Source: Chrysomallon squamiferum (taxonomy: Eukaryota; Animalia; Mollusca). Taken from it: a stretch of 64,000 nt of DNA. The stretch lies in assembly GCA_012295275.1 (NCBI GenBank), contig CM022667.1, positions 13,144,001 to 13,208,000 of the forward strand, written 5' to 3'. The notes beneath the pieces were generated by a model, which saw only the letters and a program-made list of their open reading frames with translations, was not told the origin of the DNA and searched no databases. A program made the position numbers and the translations under genes. Shown here piece by piece: positions 1-22,100 of this stretch. Each line of letters opens with the position of its first letter. Position 1 is the stretch's first letter.

Positions 1-683
1 TGACGTGAAACTACTTTAATCAATAACGAACACATGGCGACTACCCACCAGCCTGCCTGCGAGTCTGTTTACCTACATGTCTGTACGTCTGACTGTTTAC
101 CTCTGTGTCCACCTATCTCCGTCTGTCTGTTATCCATCCATCAGTCTAGATTTTTAATTGTCCGACTGTCTTTTAGGACATTTGTTTGTCTACGTTTGAT
201 CATAAAACTTAATAACAGCGAGAAATTAGGACTGTGTCATAAGTAGTAAACTTAGTTTGGATAATTCTTTAAAAGATTTGGTTATTTTCTTTATTGCCTA
301 TTCTGTTAATGAATTATAAAAAGAAAAAAGTTATTGTTATATTTCCCCATACGTAAAAAAGTTTAACCAACGATCCACTGTCTAGTGTTCATTTTTTTTT
401 TTAGTTTTCTTATCTACTAATATATCATCATCGTCATGATCATTTTTTTTTTTTTTTTTACGGATTTACGTCGAATATCGTGAAAATGTTTTTATTATTA
501 TTATTTTCTCTGCCTTTTCCAGAGAGACGCCTTTGTTTGCTAAAGACACGTGTTGGACACATGTTAGGCTGGTCCCGTGTTTTCACAACATCATATTGAC
601 GCGAATTTGCCGCAGTCTTGTCAGGTACTCACAGATGCTATCAGAAGAATCAACATAAAAAACATCCGAATGGACACACAGCC

Positions 684-691
684 ATATAAAA
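684..691 (+). promoter_or_regulatory. TATA box of the serine protease gene
   Basis: ATATAAAA at 684-691, about 50 nt upstream of the signal-peptide ATG at 739, with an Inr-like TCATC/TCAGC about 30 nt downstream. This suggests the GTG at 577 in the ORF track is not the true start. Confidence 0.55.
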
Positions 692-738
692 GACGAGATT
701 GTTTGTCTCCAGCATTCATCAGCACGCAGATTTGCAAG

Positions 739-5928
<5,190 letters not shown>

Positions 5929-6205
5929 AGTTCAAACAGCATTACAAATGAATAAATAAAAAAAATATATACAAAAATGAAAAGTTTCAAAGAATAACGT
6001 TTGAAATCCTTCGCAAAAACAAAACGGATGAAACAAACAAAAAATTAACAAGCAGACAAGAGTACAAAAAAAAAAAAAAAATAAATAAATAAATAAATAA
6101 ATATATAAATAAATAAATAAATTGGAACGTAAAAGTATCCAAATCTGTCTGTCTGCCTGTCTGTATGTACGTATGTTTGGTATGTTAAACAAAACAGTAA
6201 CGTAA

Positions 6206-6295
<90 letters not shown>

Positions 6296-6409
6296 AATAA
6301 TAATAATAATAATATTAATAATAAACCACAAACAACTAGAAGACGTAAGTAACTAAATACAAAGTTTTATTAAATTGAAATACTGATTAAATAACATTGA
6401 ACAACTCAT

Positions 6410-8619
6410 TTAATGATAGGTTCCGTATCCGTACCCATGACCAGCGACTCCACGTCCACCAAAACCTAGTCCACGAGCACCTAAACCAATTCCTCGTCCT
6501 CCTACTGCAATTCCTCGTCCTGCGAGTCCTACTCCATGTCCCCCGAATCCTAATCCATGACCGGAGAGTCCATGGCCGAGCCCAAATCCTCCAAATCTGT
6601 TACCTCCGAGTCCTGCAAATCCTACATTACCCAAACCAAATCCACGTCCTCCAAATCCCGCGACTCCTAAACCGTGCCCTCCTACTACTCCAAGACCATG
6701 TCCTCCATATCCTAGACCACGTCCTCCTACTAATCCTACACTGTGTCCTCCATATCCTAGACCATGTCCTCCTACTAATCCTTCACCATGTCCTCCTACT
6801 CCTAGACCATGTCCTCCTACTAATCCTAGACCATGTCCTCCTACTAATCCAAGACCGTGTCCTCCATATCCTAAGCCACGTCCTCCTACTAATCCTACAC
6901 TGTGTCCTTCATATCCTAGACCATGTCCTCCTACTAATCCTTCATATCCTAGACCATGTCCTCCTACTAATCCAACACCATGTCCTCCATATCCAAAACC
7001 ATATCCTAAACCACGTCCTCCTACTAATCCTACACTATGTCCTCCATATCCTAGACCATGTCCTCCTACTCCTAGACCATGTCCTCCTACTAATCCTACA
7101 CCATGTCCTCCTACTAATCCAAGACCGTGTCCTCCATATCCTAAGCCACGTCCACCTACTAATCCTACACTGTGTCCTCCATATCCTAGACCATGTCCTC
7201 CTACTAATCCTGCACCATGTCCTCCTACTAATCCTAGACCGTGCCCTCCATATCCTAAACCACGACCTCCCACTAATCCTACACCATGTCCTCCTACTAA
7301 TCCTAGTCCGTGTCCTCCATATCCTAAACCACGTCCTCCTACTAATCCTGCACCATGTCCTCCTACTAATCCTAGTCCGTGTCCTCCATATCCTAAACCA
7401 CGTCCCCCTACTAATCCTGCACCATGTCCTCCTACTAATCCTAGTCCGTGTCCTCCATATCCTAAACCACGTCCTCCTACTAATCCTGCACTATGACCTC
7501 CTACTAATCCTACACCATGTCCTCCTACTCCTAGACCGCGACCTCCGAATCCGTGTCCGTATCCTGTATAAGAATGTGTTTGCGTAATTATGATATTTAT
7601 CAACAAAGAATGTTTTTTAAGAAAAGAAGCAAAAATAAATAAATAAATAAATAAATAAATAAAATGGTGCATGTAAGTCTCTGATTGTGTGTTTGTGTGT
7701 ACATTTCAAATTTTGCTCAGTTCTCAGTAGATCTTAAAATTGAAAAATGTTTCATTTTAAGCTAAAGTAAAAGCTATGTTACGGTTGGGCCATAAAAGAA
7801 TCAGGTTTTTGTGTACAGAAGCCTTAAACGAAAAATCCATTTCCTGTATTTTACAACTTAATGGTTTACCAATCGGAAGTTCAGTCACGGTGTAAAATAT
7901 GTAAAACAACAGTGGTTAGTCTGAATAAAACAAAACCAGACTCACCGTAACCATAACCTGGCTGTCCGTAACCGTAACCAAGACCTGCGGCACCACGAAG
8001 TCCACTGACTCCATGGAGACCAGCGCCAAGGTAACCATTTCCATGTCCGTAGTTATAAACAGGCAAAGAGGCGAAACAAGAGCAACATCCCAACAGAACG
8101 GCGAATAACGTGATCTGCAATAAAGTATTAAATCTGTTTATTTCTTGTTAAAACTCATCATTATTAGTGTTAACTCCGCTCTCTTCTGTTGCTCTAGTTG
8201 CATCGCCATTACTTCAACAACAACAACTACTACTACTACTACCACCGCTACTCCAAATAGTACCTTTTACTTCAGCTACTACTCACTAATACCACCACTA
8301 GTGCTATTGCAATAATTATTATGGTATTATTACTTCTACTACTACCACAACTACTACTACTACAACTACGACTACTACTACTATACTGCTGCTGCTTTCA
8401 TTACTGTTTTTATAATTACTCTACGACTACTACTACTGCTGCTACAAGTACAACACTATTACTAGAACTGTAATTACCAGTACTACTACTGTTACTATAA
8501 TATCTATTATTGTTACTGCTACTACTATTACTTTATCACTTCGAACACAAAAATTGCAAAACCTTTTACTCTGAAACCGCTAGTGATACTGATATTATTT
8601 CTTCTGCTATTAATATTAC

Positions 8620-8718
<99 letters not shown>

Positions 8719-8962
8719 CCGAACCATGGTGAAGAAGAAGAAGAAGAAGAAGCAAAAGAAGTAAAATAATAATAATAAGAAGAATAAGAAGAAGAAGAAG
8801 AAGAAGAAGAAGAAAAAGCAAAAGAAGTGAAATAATAATAATAAGAAGAATAAGAAGAAGAAGAAGAAGAAGAAGAAGAAAAAGCAAAAGAAGTGAAATA
8901 ATAATAAGAAGAAGAATAAGAAGAAGAAGAAGAAGAAGAAGAAGAAAAAGCAAAAGAAGTGA

Positions 8963-9011
<49 letters not shown>

Positions 9012-9078
9012 GTAATAATAAATTAAAATTAAAATCGTCCAACTGTAAGACTCGCTATTCCGAAACACTTACATTCAT
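6410..9078 (-). CDS. Secreted Gly/His-rich repetitive structural protein A, ~442 aa, 3 exons
   Basis: Exons 9078-9073 (ATG AAT|GTAAGT), 8114-7946 and 7563-6410; 1329 nt in frame. Signal peptide MNITLFAVLLGCCSCFA, then SLPVYNYGHGNGY, a long GLGYGGH/GLGLVGGH/GVGLVGGR repeat and C-terminus GHGYGYGTYH*. TATAAATA at 9147-9140; AATAAA at 6371-6366. Confidence 0.9.
8625..9010. repeat. (GA)n microsatellite plus ~66-69-bp tandem unit (about 4 copies) and (AAT)n in intron 1 of gene A
   Basis: (GA)n 8625-8716, then (AAG)n-AAAAGCAAAAGAAGTGAAATAATAAT units repeated 8731-8970. Confidence 0.85.
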
Positions 9079-9139
9079 TGTGACAAGTTTGCTTCTCTCC
9101 ACGGTAATCTGTGTTTGATTTGGTGAAGATTTCAGTCGC

Positions 9140-9218
9140 TATTTATACCTTCCACATCTCGGTTCTGAATCCTAAATAACAATTACTGGGCAATAAAATC
9201 ATCTCTTAAATTTTCACA
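9140..9218 (-). promoter_or_regulatory. TATA box and conserved upstream module of Gly/His gene A
   Basis: Minus strand reads TGAAAATTTAAGAGATGATTTTATTGCCCAGTAATTGTT...GATTCAGAAC...TATAAATAG, matching the gene B promoter. Confidence 0.7.
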
Positions 9219-9919
9219 ACCGAGTCTTAAACGCAGGGACTTGAAAATGGCGACAAGATATGGTGCAAAACGGTTAACCTACCACTGCGTATACTGCTCG
9301 TAATATGGTAATAGGGGAATATATTGACGAAATGAATATTTAACTGATATTAAAAGGAGTGCGTCAGATTTTAGCTCTACTAAAAGAAGAAAAGTTTCTG
9401 TCATAAAGTTAACTGAAGATGAGAACTAAATAGGTAATGATTCCGCAAAAAATAAAAAAAATAAATAAAATTTAAACATTAAAAAATAATAATAAAAATA
9501 ATAAATAAAAATAAATAAATAAATAAATTGGGGTGTCAAATAACGATGTAAGATTGATAAACCTGCCATTTCATTGTTTATTTGAAGACTTATGATACGA
9601 GGCATAATAAGTAAATCAGTGAATAAATAACATTTTAATAAAATAATGAATGAATGAATGAATGAGTAAAGAAATAACCAGTAAATAGATAATTAATATA
9701 TAAATAAAATAAAATAAAATAAAATAAAAAATAAATAAATAAATAAATAATGGAAGGATAAACGCATTCAAATCTCAGCAGTTCTATTCAAAACTTGAAA
9801 TAAAAAAATATATATTAATGATAAATAAATTTCAAAATTTTTTGATAATAATAATAATTTTACAATTTACTATCCTTCTTTCTCGTCAATGTAAAGTCTA
9901 CGCATATAAAGCTGGGTCA

Positions 9920-9998
9920 TGAAAATTAAAGAGAAAATTTTATTGTCCAGTAATTATTTTTTTTGTGATTCAGAACGAACAGTCTGCCAGTATAAATA
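9920..9998 (+). promoter_or_regulatory. TATA box and conserved upstream module of Gly/His gene B
   Basis: TGAAAATTAAAGAGAAAATTTTATTGTCCAGTAATTATT...GATTCAGAAC...TATAAATAG, with TATA at 9991-9998. Confidence 0.7.
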
Positions 9999-10059
9999 GT
10001 TACTGTTAGCGAAGTCTCAACTGAATCTCACACAGACACACTTGAAGGGAAACAAACGG

Positions 10060-12550
<2,491 letters not shown>

Positions 12551-12644
12551 ACACTTTGAAAATGAATTGATATTATTTAATGAGTATTTCAGTGAAATAA
12601 AACTTTTCATCAGCTTATTTATATCTTCCTGCCGACTTTCTCTC

Positions 12645-12795
<151 letters not shown>

Positions 12796-15700
12796 AATTT
12801 TACAATGAGATATTGAGATATTAATTCCTGTGTGAATAGTCTGAAGACGATTAATACCGTCATTGGTTTGTGATGTAAGGTAATACGTAAGGTAATACTT
12901 TCTGGGTTGGTAAATGAAATACTGTCATATATTAATTATGTAGGAGGTAAACCGAATATGCCTGTCTATCTAACCTGAATACAGGTGAACAGATATCCAT
13001 GGCAGCTAGAAATCTTGGTGATTTCGCGATTTAAATTATGTGCAGCTGCGTCAATTTGTTTTAATATATACTAGTATTCGTGATTTTATATACAAGAAAA
13101 AACTGTGTGTACACACACAACAGACAAACTGTATTTCCATATATACTATTATATACAACAAACTATAATGATGCAAGCAATAAATTTATTTTCTATGTAA
13201 CAAAGAAACATATCAAAATCTTTTTCGTTTCTTCAATGATTTTTATTTTCCGTTAACAAATATTTAAAGTCGCCATCATAAACGACACAAAAATAAATTT
13301 GAGGTGAAAAAAGAAAGAAGAATAATGAAATAAAATTAAAATAATAAACAAACAGTAAATCGAGACTTTGTCATATACAGACCGCAGCAGAGAAGCCCCT
13401 GACCCTCTGCTTCAACTAGTGTGCTGTTTTGTTTGTTGTTGTTTGTTTTGATTTGTTTTTTTTTTTTCTTTCTTTTTTTTTTAAAAATAAAAAGAAACAA
13501 TAATGACAAAGTTTCTGTACATCAATAAATTTCAAACAAAAATACTTTATAAATCATTCTTACAATCAATTTACACAAGATTTCAAATTTACATATACAA
13601 GAAGAAAAAATAGCTCTTTATGTTTAAACAGATTTTTTTTTTTTTCCTTTTTTTAATTATTAACAATATCACACAAATACTGGTAGTACAAAGGAAAAAA
13701 AAAATGTACAAACAATTCTGGAAATGTAACATCTATCAAGAATAGACTGATATATATATATATCTCTATTGTAATTCTGGGCCATGATGAATGGTGTTAT
13801 GATGATGAGCAGATAAAATAAATACAATTCAAGCTAACAGTCAAACACTCTATAATGACTTGGTACCTTCTAAAGAAATTCAATGCAACAAAATAATTCA
13901 ATATATAAAATAAAATTTGAAAAAATAAAAAATAAAAAATAGTTTTTAGTATTCCAGATAAATACGTAACAACCATCAATTCTGTTTTCCTGAATATTAA
14001 TTATTAACATCTAATTAAAATGCAACCATTTGTGAATTACAAATAAAGAAATTTTAAACAACAAATTCACTAAAATGAAGTATTATTGTAAAAAAAAAAA
14101 AAATATTTTTTTACATTTCTGTTTACCAACAAACTAAAACAAACTATGTCACTGTGATTTAAAACTCAATCATAGATGACTACTTTCAACGGATCAATTT
14201 TTAAAACGTATAAAATTTTCACCAAAAAAAAAAAAAAAAAAAAAAGAAGCATGAAAAAGAAAACCCAACAGCCTAACATTATACACTTCAGAGTCACTTA
14301 TATTGTCTTTTTGATTTTCATAACAATCATCCTACCACCTAACTTTACTAATGCCTGACATGAAAATAACCAAATGTTTTAGAATGCTATTTGTACATTA
14401 GTGATCGTCTACCAACTAACAAAAAAGGAATAATATGATTATAAAAAACTCAAGAATTTTTCTTTATTTATTGTTATAGCTCTTTATACCTTATTTTTGA
14501 ATTTCCATAGTTAATATTGAAAACATGAACATTTTTACTACTTAGAAAATCTTTATGAAATGACTAAAGACATTACAATTAATAATATTAACTATGTGCG
14601 ATACATATATATATAAAAAAAAAAAGCTATTCATCAGAAGTAAACTTAGTTATTCCCATAAAATATTTAGATTTATTTTTGTTCACTGACTTACGTACAG
14701 TTCTTATATATAATATAATATATTATATATTATGTATGTAATTCTGTACAAATTATAAATGCAATAACGTATTGTTTTGAACACACTAATGTATGATAAA
14801 AATGTAACTAACCATTATGAATGAATAATAATTTTCAGAAATAAATAAATCTGATGGATGGATTGACTGCTAAGAAAAAAGGTATCCAGGGCTGGTTTAT
14901 AACCAAAAATGACTGAATAAAAATGTGAATTATGTACATTAACCCCTTAGTGCAAGTACACGTGTGTTAAATACTTAATGAATATTTACTTTATCCACAG
15001 TTTAATACTGAATTCATGGCACTGTTCATTTCAGCTTGTCTATCTTGACTAATTTTTCTTCATCAACATTTTACTAACTCAAATTAATTTACTAACAACT
15101 TTCTACATTAAATCAACACTGTACTTTCATGGTTTAAACTAACTACAAGAAGAAAAACAAAAATATCGTAAACCCATTTTAGCAGAAGAAGAAATTTACA
15201 CATGTAATTTTTTCTTTGACATTCAATTCTGAGGATATTTTAAATTCCAGCCAAAAAATATTATTTCTGTTTTATAGATTATTTTATTTCCAAAATGATA
15301 AAGAAAAATCAATAAATATATTAACTTTCTTTTCTTTTCTTTTTAAATCCAAATATTTTTAACCTTTAATTATAAGGATCAAGTTTTTGACTTCACCGCC
15401 AAATCATTTTCATTTTTAAACAAATTTTTTTCTTCAAACTTTTTCTAAATTTTTAATTGATCCAAGATAATATATTATATTACATTAATAATCCAAATAA
15501 TAAAATTTAATAATTTCTTTCAAAAATTAGTTTCAATGATCTTCAGCGGTAATTAATAATATCTACCAAACTTGAGACTATTTTAGTTTGAATTTTCAGT
15601 TTAATACTTCAGTTTCCTTCTACTAAAATAGATTTTTCATCAGTAAATTTATATTTTAATTTTTAAATGTTTTCTACTTTCTTCTTCTGCTATTAAGACA

Positions 15701-16334
15701 CAAACTGTCTGTGTTAATATAAACAAAAACAGACAAACAAAATCAATCATTTTAAAACATTAGGAAAGGCAAAACAAAAATAAAAAATAATAATAATTAT
15801 TAAAAAAAAATTATATAAAATTCACACTTCTGAATAAACACTTAATTTGCTGATTCCACAATGATGAGGCCACAGAAACATCAGCGAAATTTTTTTTTTT
15901 TGTCAAATGTTTTTTCTCTATGAAGATCTTGTGGATTAACAGATTAAAACAAGTACAGAATCCACTTAAATATATGTATAACATGTTTCTTTACTTATTT
16001 TTCCAACATGATTTGATAGTCTCTAACACCAGCAATGGTGTATTTTACTACGAGTACTGGCCCAACCACAAAATGTACAAAAACCACAGTACTGTAGAAA
16101 ATACTTGTAAATTGTCTGTGCAAAGATTTCTTTTTAAGACACCCAGTGATACAAAAAACATTTTTAAAAATAAAAATAAAATTAAAGGAAAAAAAGAAAC
16201 ATTTCGTGCACCATCTAGGCGAGAAAAAAACGCACCAATTTTCTCAAGTGTTATAAGATTCAAGTTTAGTCCTCTTTGTGGATATGTCTTTGTTTTTTTT
16301 TTTTTTTTTTTTTTGTAGTTTGTTTGGTTTTTAT

Positions 16335-19130
16335 TTAATGAACTTCAGCACTTTCCAGTTCTCTTGAATTAGTGGTTGCTTTCGGCTGCATGCACGATCG
16401 AGCAACTGATTCAAACAATCTGCATAAAAAAAATAAAAATAAAAAAGTAAAATAATAATAATAATAAAAAAGAATTATATTACTGTAAAAAATATAACCA
16501 TTGTTTTTAACCTATTTTTTTTTTTTTAAGAAACTTACAGACTTAAATGAGTAAATCAGTCTTGCTCTCATTCACACACACAAAAACTTGAATATATTCA
16601 CAGATTATGAAATTACACAATCACACAATTTTGGTAAGGAAAACAATTTAAGACTTAAAATCAGTTAAGTATCACAAAATAAAATATGGACACCTAAAAA
16701 CAAAATACACGTAAACGATGCAAAATCCATTTTAATACTTAATAAAATGTGATACTGTTTTCAACAGTCTGTATAACAACAATGATGAGTAATCTCTCTT
16801 TAAAATGATGAATAGCACCATCCTGAATGAAAGAGTGCGAACACAGTAATATGACTGAACATTATATGACCAGAGCCCTTTAAGTATTACACCTGAGTTT
16901 AATTCAGAACTTAGTTTCTCATTTGCCTGAACAATGATAAAAAAATCAAACTGGTGTGAAGGAAACCTGGTGGTCAGCCAAGTCTGTAACACAAACAGAA
17001 GTGGACAGTTCTAATTAACACCAATCTCCTGCTGCAGCAACGTGCTACTGGGCAGGATAACTAAAGATATTCGTTCCATTTCTTCCCTTCAGAACTTTGT
17101 TTGAAAACATTTGCATTACTGCATGTAGAACTGCACAAAATGTCGGCCACTCGATCCAGTCTTGCCTCCTCGAATCAAAGGAGAACATCATTTTAGTCTG
17201 AATCTTTCAAGAAGCATTTTGTGTTAAAAAGGCTGACACTCACTTCTCCAACATCATGGCAACAATGTCTCAAATGAGCTTTTGACATTTTTAGAAAAGT
17301 TTTTTTTTTTTTTTTTTCATCAATAAAATTACATAAACTGCAAATGTTTACTTTCACTGCTTACATAAAATACACCTGATGCTGTAATATAGTCCCTTGG
17401 TCTACCAAATGTGAACTCAATATTATCAGTAGTGTTAAAACTGGCTCTTTATGTTTAAACAGATGTCTTGTGAATTATTTGTGTGAACAACCAAAATACA
17501 TGCTTTTTCAATCTGTCATATCTCTTTTGCTAATGCTAGGAAGAACCTTGAAAGTTTTCAAATGATTTTTACTTTTGTTGTTATATGCATTGGTTAATTC
17601 AGAAAAATCCAAGGAGTATACTTAGTACAATAATAATTAAAAAAAACAACATAACCCCCCCAAAAAAAACAAAAACAAAAAGAAACAGTCACGGAGACAA
17701 GTGAATTTCTAAGTTGGGCTGTGGAATTAGAAAAATTAGTATCTTGAAGGTAATGAAACTTTAGAGGTTTTGAAACTGTCAAGAAAGGAACTTAGATTTG
17801 ACGCACTTCTCTATTTCAGGAGCACAGTGGACGAACTCGTGGTTCCAGAACTTGAACGACGGGTTCTTAATCAGCTCGATGAAAGTGATGAGAAGGCCCC
17901 AAGGGTGTGGTCTGTTGACAATAAGTCTCTCCAACAGAACTCTGAAACAGTAAATCATTATGAATAACAATAAAAACATCAATAAATAAATAAGAAAAAA
18001 CATCTCTATGTTTTACTTTTACATACTGTTATTGTACTCTGTTAAAAAAAAAAAGAAACACTTTGTTTCTGCTGTATGTTGTTTTCTATCCTAAACAAGT
18101 TTTTTGTTTTCTTTTTCAAATCCTTTTAAATTTATGTCAGTAAGCCAAAAAGTTAAAAAAAAATAAAAAAAAAAAAAAAATAAAAAATAAATATACCAAT
18201 GATTAATAATACTAATATTCAAATCTGACAACAGTGTGTAAACATTAATAGATTAGAAATATTACTACTACAACTAAGATTTTATCTTCAAGTATTATAT
18301 ACCATCTATTATTATTAATACTGCTGCTATTACTAGTACTGTTGTTACTTCTGTTCATTTGCAACAATAAATACTAAAGAATATTATCATAAAGTAATAT
18401 TCTATAAAAAATTACTAGTACTTATACAAGATAACATATCTAACTACTTACCTAGTGATCTGTTCTTGAACAGCTTCGTTGTTAGCCTGGGCAAAGAGAC
18501 AGAGCAGTGTGCAGCTGAAGTAGTGGGTGTGGCTGTTGGGGTAACGCAGCTGATTTGCCACAGCCGTCAGGAACAAGTAGCGACCTGCAATAAAAAATTT
18601 ATAAACTAATTAAATAACAAACATAAAAAATTGATAAACAAATTAAATAGCAAACATAAAATTTTGAAAAATTAATTAAATAACAAACGTAAGAAATTGA
18701 TAAATTAATTAAATAACAAACATAAAGAATTGAATAATCAGATCATGATCAGTAAATAAAATGCATGAAATGTTTCCACACATTTTTCTACTGATTTCAA
18801 TGGTCAGTATTTTTTTATTTAAAATTTGGCAGACCAAGAGAGGAAATTGTATTTTATAAATACTTTTTCAAATCAAGCAAAGCACACATTTTTTACTTTG
18901 AAAGCCACATACAAACCGAAAGAAAAACAAAATCTAAATATCAACATGGCCTGAAATTATTTTATTTTGAAGAAAAGAAGAAAAACAAATCCAGTGAAAA
19001 ATAAAATAAAATAAAATAAAATGAAAATGAAAATGAAAAATGAATAGAATATGTATGTATGTATGTCTGTCTGTCTGTATGTATGTGTACATGAAATAAA
19101 AAATACCAAATAAAATAACAAAAATTTAAG

Positions 19131-19165
<35 letters not shown>

Positions 19166-22100
19166 AATATAATAAAATAAAGATCCATGGAAAGTGTTTC
19201 AAGTTACCCTCTGTGTCAAGATTAACAGTGAGGTTCTGGAATATATCCATGTGAGTGGACGGGGTGATTGTTCCAATTCCTGGTGTCTGACCCTTGGCAT
19301 GGATGAACTGAATGGCCTGAGTACCGACGTAAAGCACCAGGGCGTTGATGAGAGGGATGTTGTAGTGACAACCTGGTTCATTCAGCTTTAAAATACAAAA
19401 GGAAAGTAGAAATGTAGCATTTGAAACTGGTGCCAGATATCTGAAGACTCAGTGAGTCCCAAAAATAAACATAGACAGATGGATGCATTCAGATGCAAAA
19501 ACACACACACACACACACAACAAATTATGGAGCTTAGGTTGGAATGTGATAACTTACCTGCAGGCTGCTTCTCAGTTCTGGCAGGAAATTGATTGGAGAT
19601 CGTGACTTTAAATAGGAATCGAGGTCCTGCAATTATACAATAATAAAAATACAAATTAATTTATTTCTAATGACAACAAACATTGTGTTCACATATCTAT
19701 TAAAAAGAAAACTGTAATTTCAGAAAAGCAATCATAACACTACAATTTATTTAATCCAGATATTTCTACCAATAGATGAATACAACAAAAAATAAATAAA
19801 TAACAACAATAACAACAAGAATAATAATAATAATAACAGCAACATAAAACAATAAAAACAAAAAATGGAGTATTTACCTTCTTGAATGAAGCAGGCTGGA
19901 TCATGCTGACAAAGTTTGTCAGTATTCGTGGAGGCTGTGTGATGTCAGGCAGACTGTCAACCTTGAGGTTAGGCGTGAATGGATCAGGAAGACGCATGTT
20001 GCGAGGGAACGCACTGAGGATGAGGTTGCGCATCTGGATGCAGTTTGGTGGAATGACGTCGCAGAACGCATAGTGGTAGTCACAGAGGAATTCTGGGAAG
20101 TCGTGAAGCAGAACCAGTAACACTCTTAGAGTCCCCTGTGAACAAAAAATAACAATAATAATAAAATTAAATATAATAAGAATGATAATGTAATCCCTTA
20201 TCTGAAGTCCAACAATGAATGTATATCGCTTAATAAGTTTAATTTTCAAATTGAAATAAAGAAATATTTTACCTAGGAAATACAGAAAACCTAAACACAT
20301 TACATCATTTATAAATTACAGTTTCTATATTCATATCAGTAAAAGCCAATAGATTTTAATAAAAATGATAACATGTGATAACCAACCTTATAAAGGAGCT
20401 GTGTAGGTTTGGAAAGTTCTGCATTCCTCAGAAATGGAGATAGGAATTTAAACAAGTGAATCAACAGCTGAGCATACATACCCCAACCCTGCAAAATCAA
20501 AACAGATTTGTTTCTAATCAGTTAAATTCTTATTAAACTGAATCAAAATTACAATGGAATATAGTGATTTATCATACTTGTAACAGACAGCTAAACACTT
20601 AAAAAATAAATAAAAACCTAAAAACATTTTTTTTTTTTTTTTTTTTTAAAGTTTATAAAACAAAAATGTAATACATGTATTAATGTAAGAAACTTTAAAA
20701 AGTTTTTTTCAAATATAAATTATACCATTTACCTAATAAATTATCTTATTTCAGCATTTAATCACTTCACACTTTTCATGGCCAAATATTTTTAAACATA
20801 AATTGTTAAGAATACTTGAATGCAAATTTTGTATCACTGGAGGTTTTAGCTGCTTTGAAACAACTGTTAGGTCATAAACTAAAGTTTCTTGGAACCTGTC
20901 TGATTATGAACTTCCTTTGTTAATTTAAAAACTAAGCAACCTTTAATAACATCAGACTGTAGGGCTGTTAACAATGTATCTAAGGGTTGCTGCCCAGCTT
21001 TGGAAATAAACTAAATACTTTAATAACAAAAATTTAAAACTACACACTCGTTGTTGTGGTGTAAGAGCGAGAAGTCGACCAATGAACACTCTGTGTGAGA
21101 CAAGCTCTAACCAGGCGTAGGCAAACCCTGGAGCTTTTGCAGGCCGCAGAATGTAGAACACATGGCTAGAGGTGAAAAACAAACACATTAAAATTTATTC
21201 TTGCAACCATAATTTATTCCCAATCACAGAAAAAGAATAGTCATTGTCATCCGTAACAACCTAAACACAAACATCAAATACACTAAATCATGTAATCTGA
21301 TATTTTCATTTTTTTTAATGTTAATAATCTACATACTGTTTTATATATAATAAAAAAAATATATGAAAAAAAAAATTAGAAGTATTTATTAGTATTCTTT
21401 GAAATAAAAGACATAAACAAAGACTAAAAAAGCAAACACACCCAAAGTATTTGTAATTTAGATGGATGTAAGAGAACAAAATTATCATCACCACAAAAGA
21501 GATTTGCCCTTATTTAGCCATACTCTCAAAGACTGGTTTTCAGTAACCTATGCAATAACAAAAAAAAATGCAATAGGTTATTTGGTACACTACTTACACT
21601 GACATATTCTCACACAGTTAACTCACCAGAACGCTGTCAGCACTTGGAAGTTGATGCTCTCGAGGATGGGCTCTGGTGCGTTCAGTTCGATGAAGAGCAT
21701 GATGAAGATGCGGTGATACGGCAGCTGTTGAAAATCTGTGTATCTGACCTCATGATCCTGTAACAAGACTCCCGCTACAATCCCCAGCACCTGAATAAAA
21801 CCAACACAAACTCAAATTCTGTGTAATAAATTGTTAAAAACCAGTTACAAATCTGAAATTTTATTTACAGTGTTATTTTTTATAACCTTTTTTCCTTTCT
21901 TTTTTAAAAAAAAAATAATACAAGAAAATAAAAATAAAAATAAGTAAGTTAATAAATAAAATAAAAAAAACCAACAAACTTTATTTAAGAGGTTGATCTT
22001 GGTGACAGTGTTGGTGGTGTCTCCAGAATGCTTCACAAGCAGAGCGATGAGGCGGACGAAAGCGTCCAGGGTGTGAAAACACTTGGCTCTGATCAGGGTG

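Noticed and set aside
577-738. N-terminal 54 aa of the 348-aa ORF 577-1623, and its stop at 1623
   Set aside because: It starts at GTG upstream of a TATA box; the signal peptide begins at ATG 739, and the ORF is spliced at 1615 (C|GTAAGT) before the stop.
6397-7587. 396-aa His/Leu-rich ORF on the + strand
   Set aside because: Antisense shadow of the Gly/His repeat exon; no ATG start, signal peptide or splice support.
13080-16334. Long CNOT1 3' UTR with Pumilio-like sites (e.g. TGTACATA at 14938-14931)
   Set aside because: The UTR end cannot be fixed among many AATAAA signals, and a few such 8-mers are expected by chance in DNA this AT-rich.
18600-18735. Short AT-rich intronic tandem duplications (also 32078-32315 and 44050-44120)
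   Set aside because: Ordinary slippage or duplication with no effect on splice sites that I can see.
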